A stretch of 45,962 nt of DNA from a virus (taxonomy: Duplodnaviria > Caudoviricetes), in IMG/VR virus record IMGVR_UViG_3300042938_001691, positions 1-45,962 of that record; one strand, 5' to 3'. The translations under genes were made by a program, and so were the position numbers. Under the pieces are notes generated by a model that did not search any database, was not told where the DNA came from, and was given only the letters and a program-made list of their open reading frames with translations. Shown here piece by piece: positions 45,427-45,962 of this stretch (position 1 is the stretch's first letter; each line of letters begins with the position of its first letter).

Positions 45427-45962
45427 TCATAAGTCATCTATAATAAGCTGAAGTAAATTAATTTCATCTCTGATAGCCTGTCTTTCGATTATTAATTCAT
45501 TAATGTCATAGGGCAATGTAACACCCAAAAGATTACTTTCATAGCATTTAATGATCTTATAATCCGAAGATTCAAGATTTTTTTTCAAAACTTCGATCTC
45601 ATTATCATAATATTTTTTATCAACTTCAATATTCCAATTTTGATAAACTTTACCTTCAAGCAAAGAATAAGATAATTCAATAGTTTGACCATTTATTATA
45701 ACAGGCATTTCGCTTTCTACAAATTCAACGAACCCTTCATTTATAATTTTAGAGTATTGTTGTACTTGATTTTCAAGATTTATTACAATATTAGACTGAA
45801 TTTTAATTTCTTCATTTATACTTTCTATTTCTTCAGTTATACTTTCTATTTCTTCAGTTATACTTGATATTTTTTCAGTTATATTTTCTATTTCTTCATT
45901 TATACTTTCTATTTCTTTGGTTATACTTTCTATTTCTTCATTTATAATTGATATTTTTTCAG
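45427..45962 (-). CDS. 3' part of the acidic repeat protein; C-terminus resembles small tail-fibre-associated proteins
   Basis: the frame of the 93-aa track ORF stays open to the window end through (EEIESIT/N)n repeats; LESSDYKIIKCYE...ERQAIRDEIN C-terminus. Confidence 0.8.
   Translation of the reverse strand, partial: EKISIINEEIESITKEIESINEEIENITEKISSITEEIESITEEIESINEEIKIQSNIVINLENQVQQYSKIINEGFVEFVESEMPVIINGQTIELSYSLLEGKVYQNWNIEVDKKYYDNEIEVLKKNLESSDYKIIKCYESNLLGVTLPYDINELIIERQAIRDEINLLQLIIDDL
45806..45962. repeat. 21-bp coding tandem repeat (EEIESIT/N)
   Basis: repeated tatactttctatttcttca(g/t)t units. Confidence 0.9.

Noticed and set aside
45427-45708. Stand-alone 93-aa gene starting at 45708
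   Set aside because: The frame is open upstream to the window end, so this ATG is probably internal

Overview
Near-complete genome (~46 kb) of an AT-rich siphovirus-type phage of a Bacteroidota host, probably Flavobacteriaceae-like. The host call is inferred from TAnnTTTG -7 promoters, the lack of Shine-Dalgarno sites and the gene families present. The contig appears to be a circle broken inside a tandem-repeat gene whose 5' part lies at 1-509 and 3' part at 45427-45962. Minus-strand order: lysis genes, then a vestigial attP (3' half of a tRNA-CAT) with a deleted integrase remnant, recombination/replication genes, an anti-defence cluster (ArdA, PcfK/AcrIIA9-like, PcfJ), ParB-like plus glycosyltransferase genes, terminase, a collagen/DUF285 module, portal, a MuF-ADP-ribosyltransferase fusion, and head and tail genes. 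A ~5 kb plus-strand accessory island ending in an ADP-ribosylglycohydrolase sits inside the head module. The most striking unexplained structure is regulatory and has three parts. (i) A start-associated motif, ACCGCAAC, lies 1-5 nt before the ATG of about 13 mostly early genes. (ii) A candidate ~80-nt structured small RNA next to attP exposes the exact complement of the motif core (GUUGCGG) in a loop. (iii) Nine copies of a 15-bp palindrome sit at or near the promoters, with an unannotated 54-aa Cro-like HTH gene as candidate binder. All family assignments come from motif recognition by eye; no searches were run.
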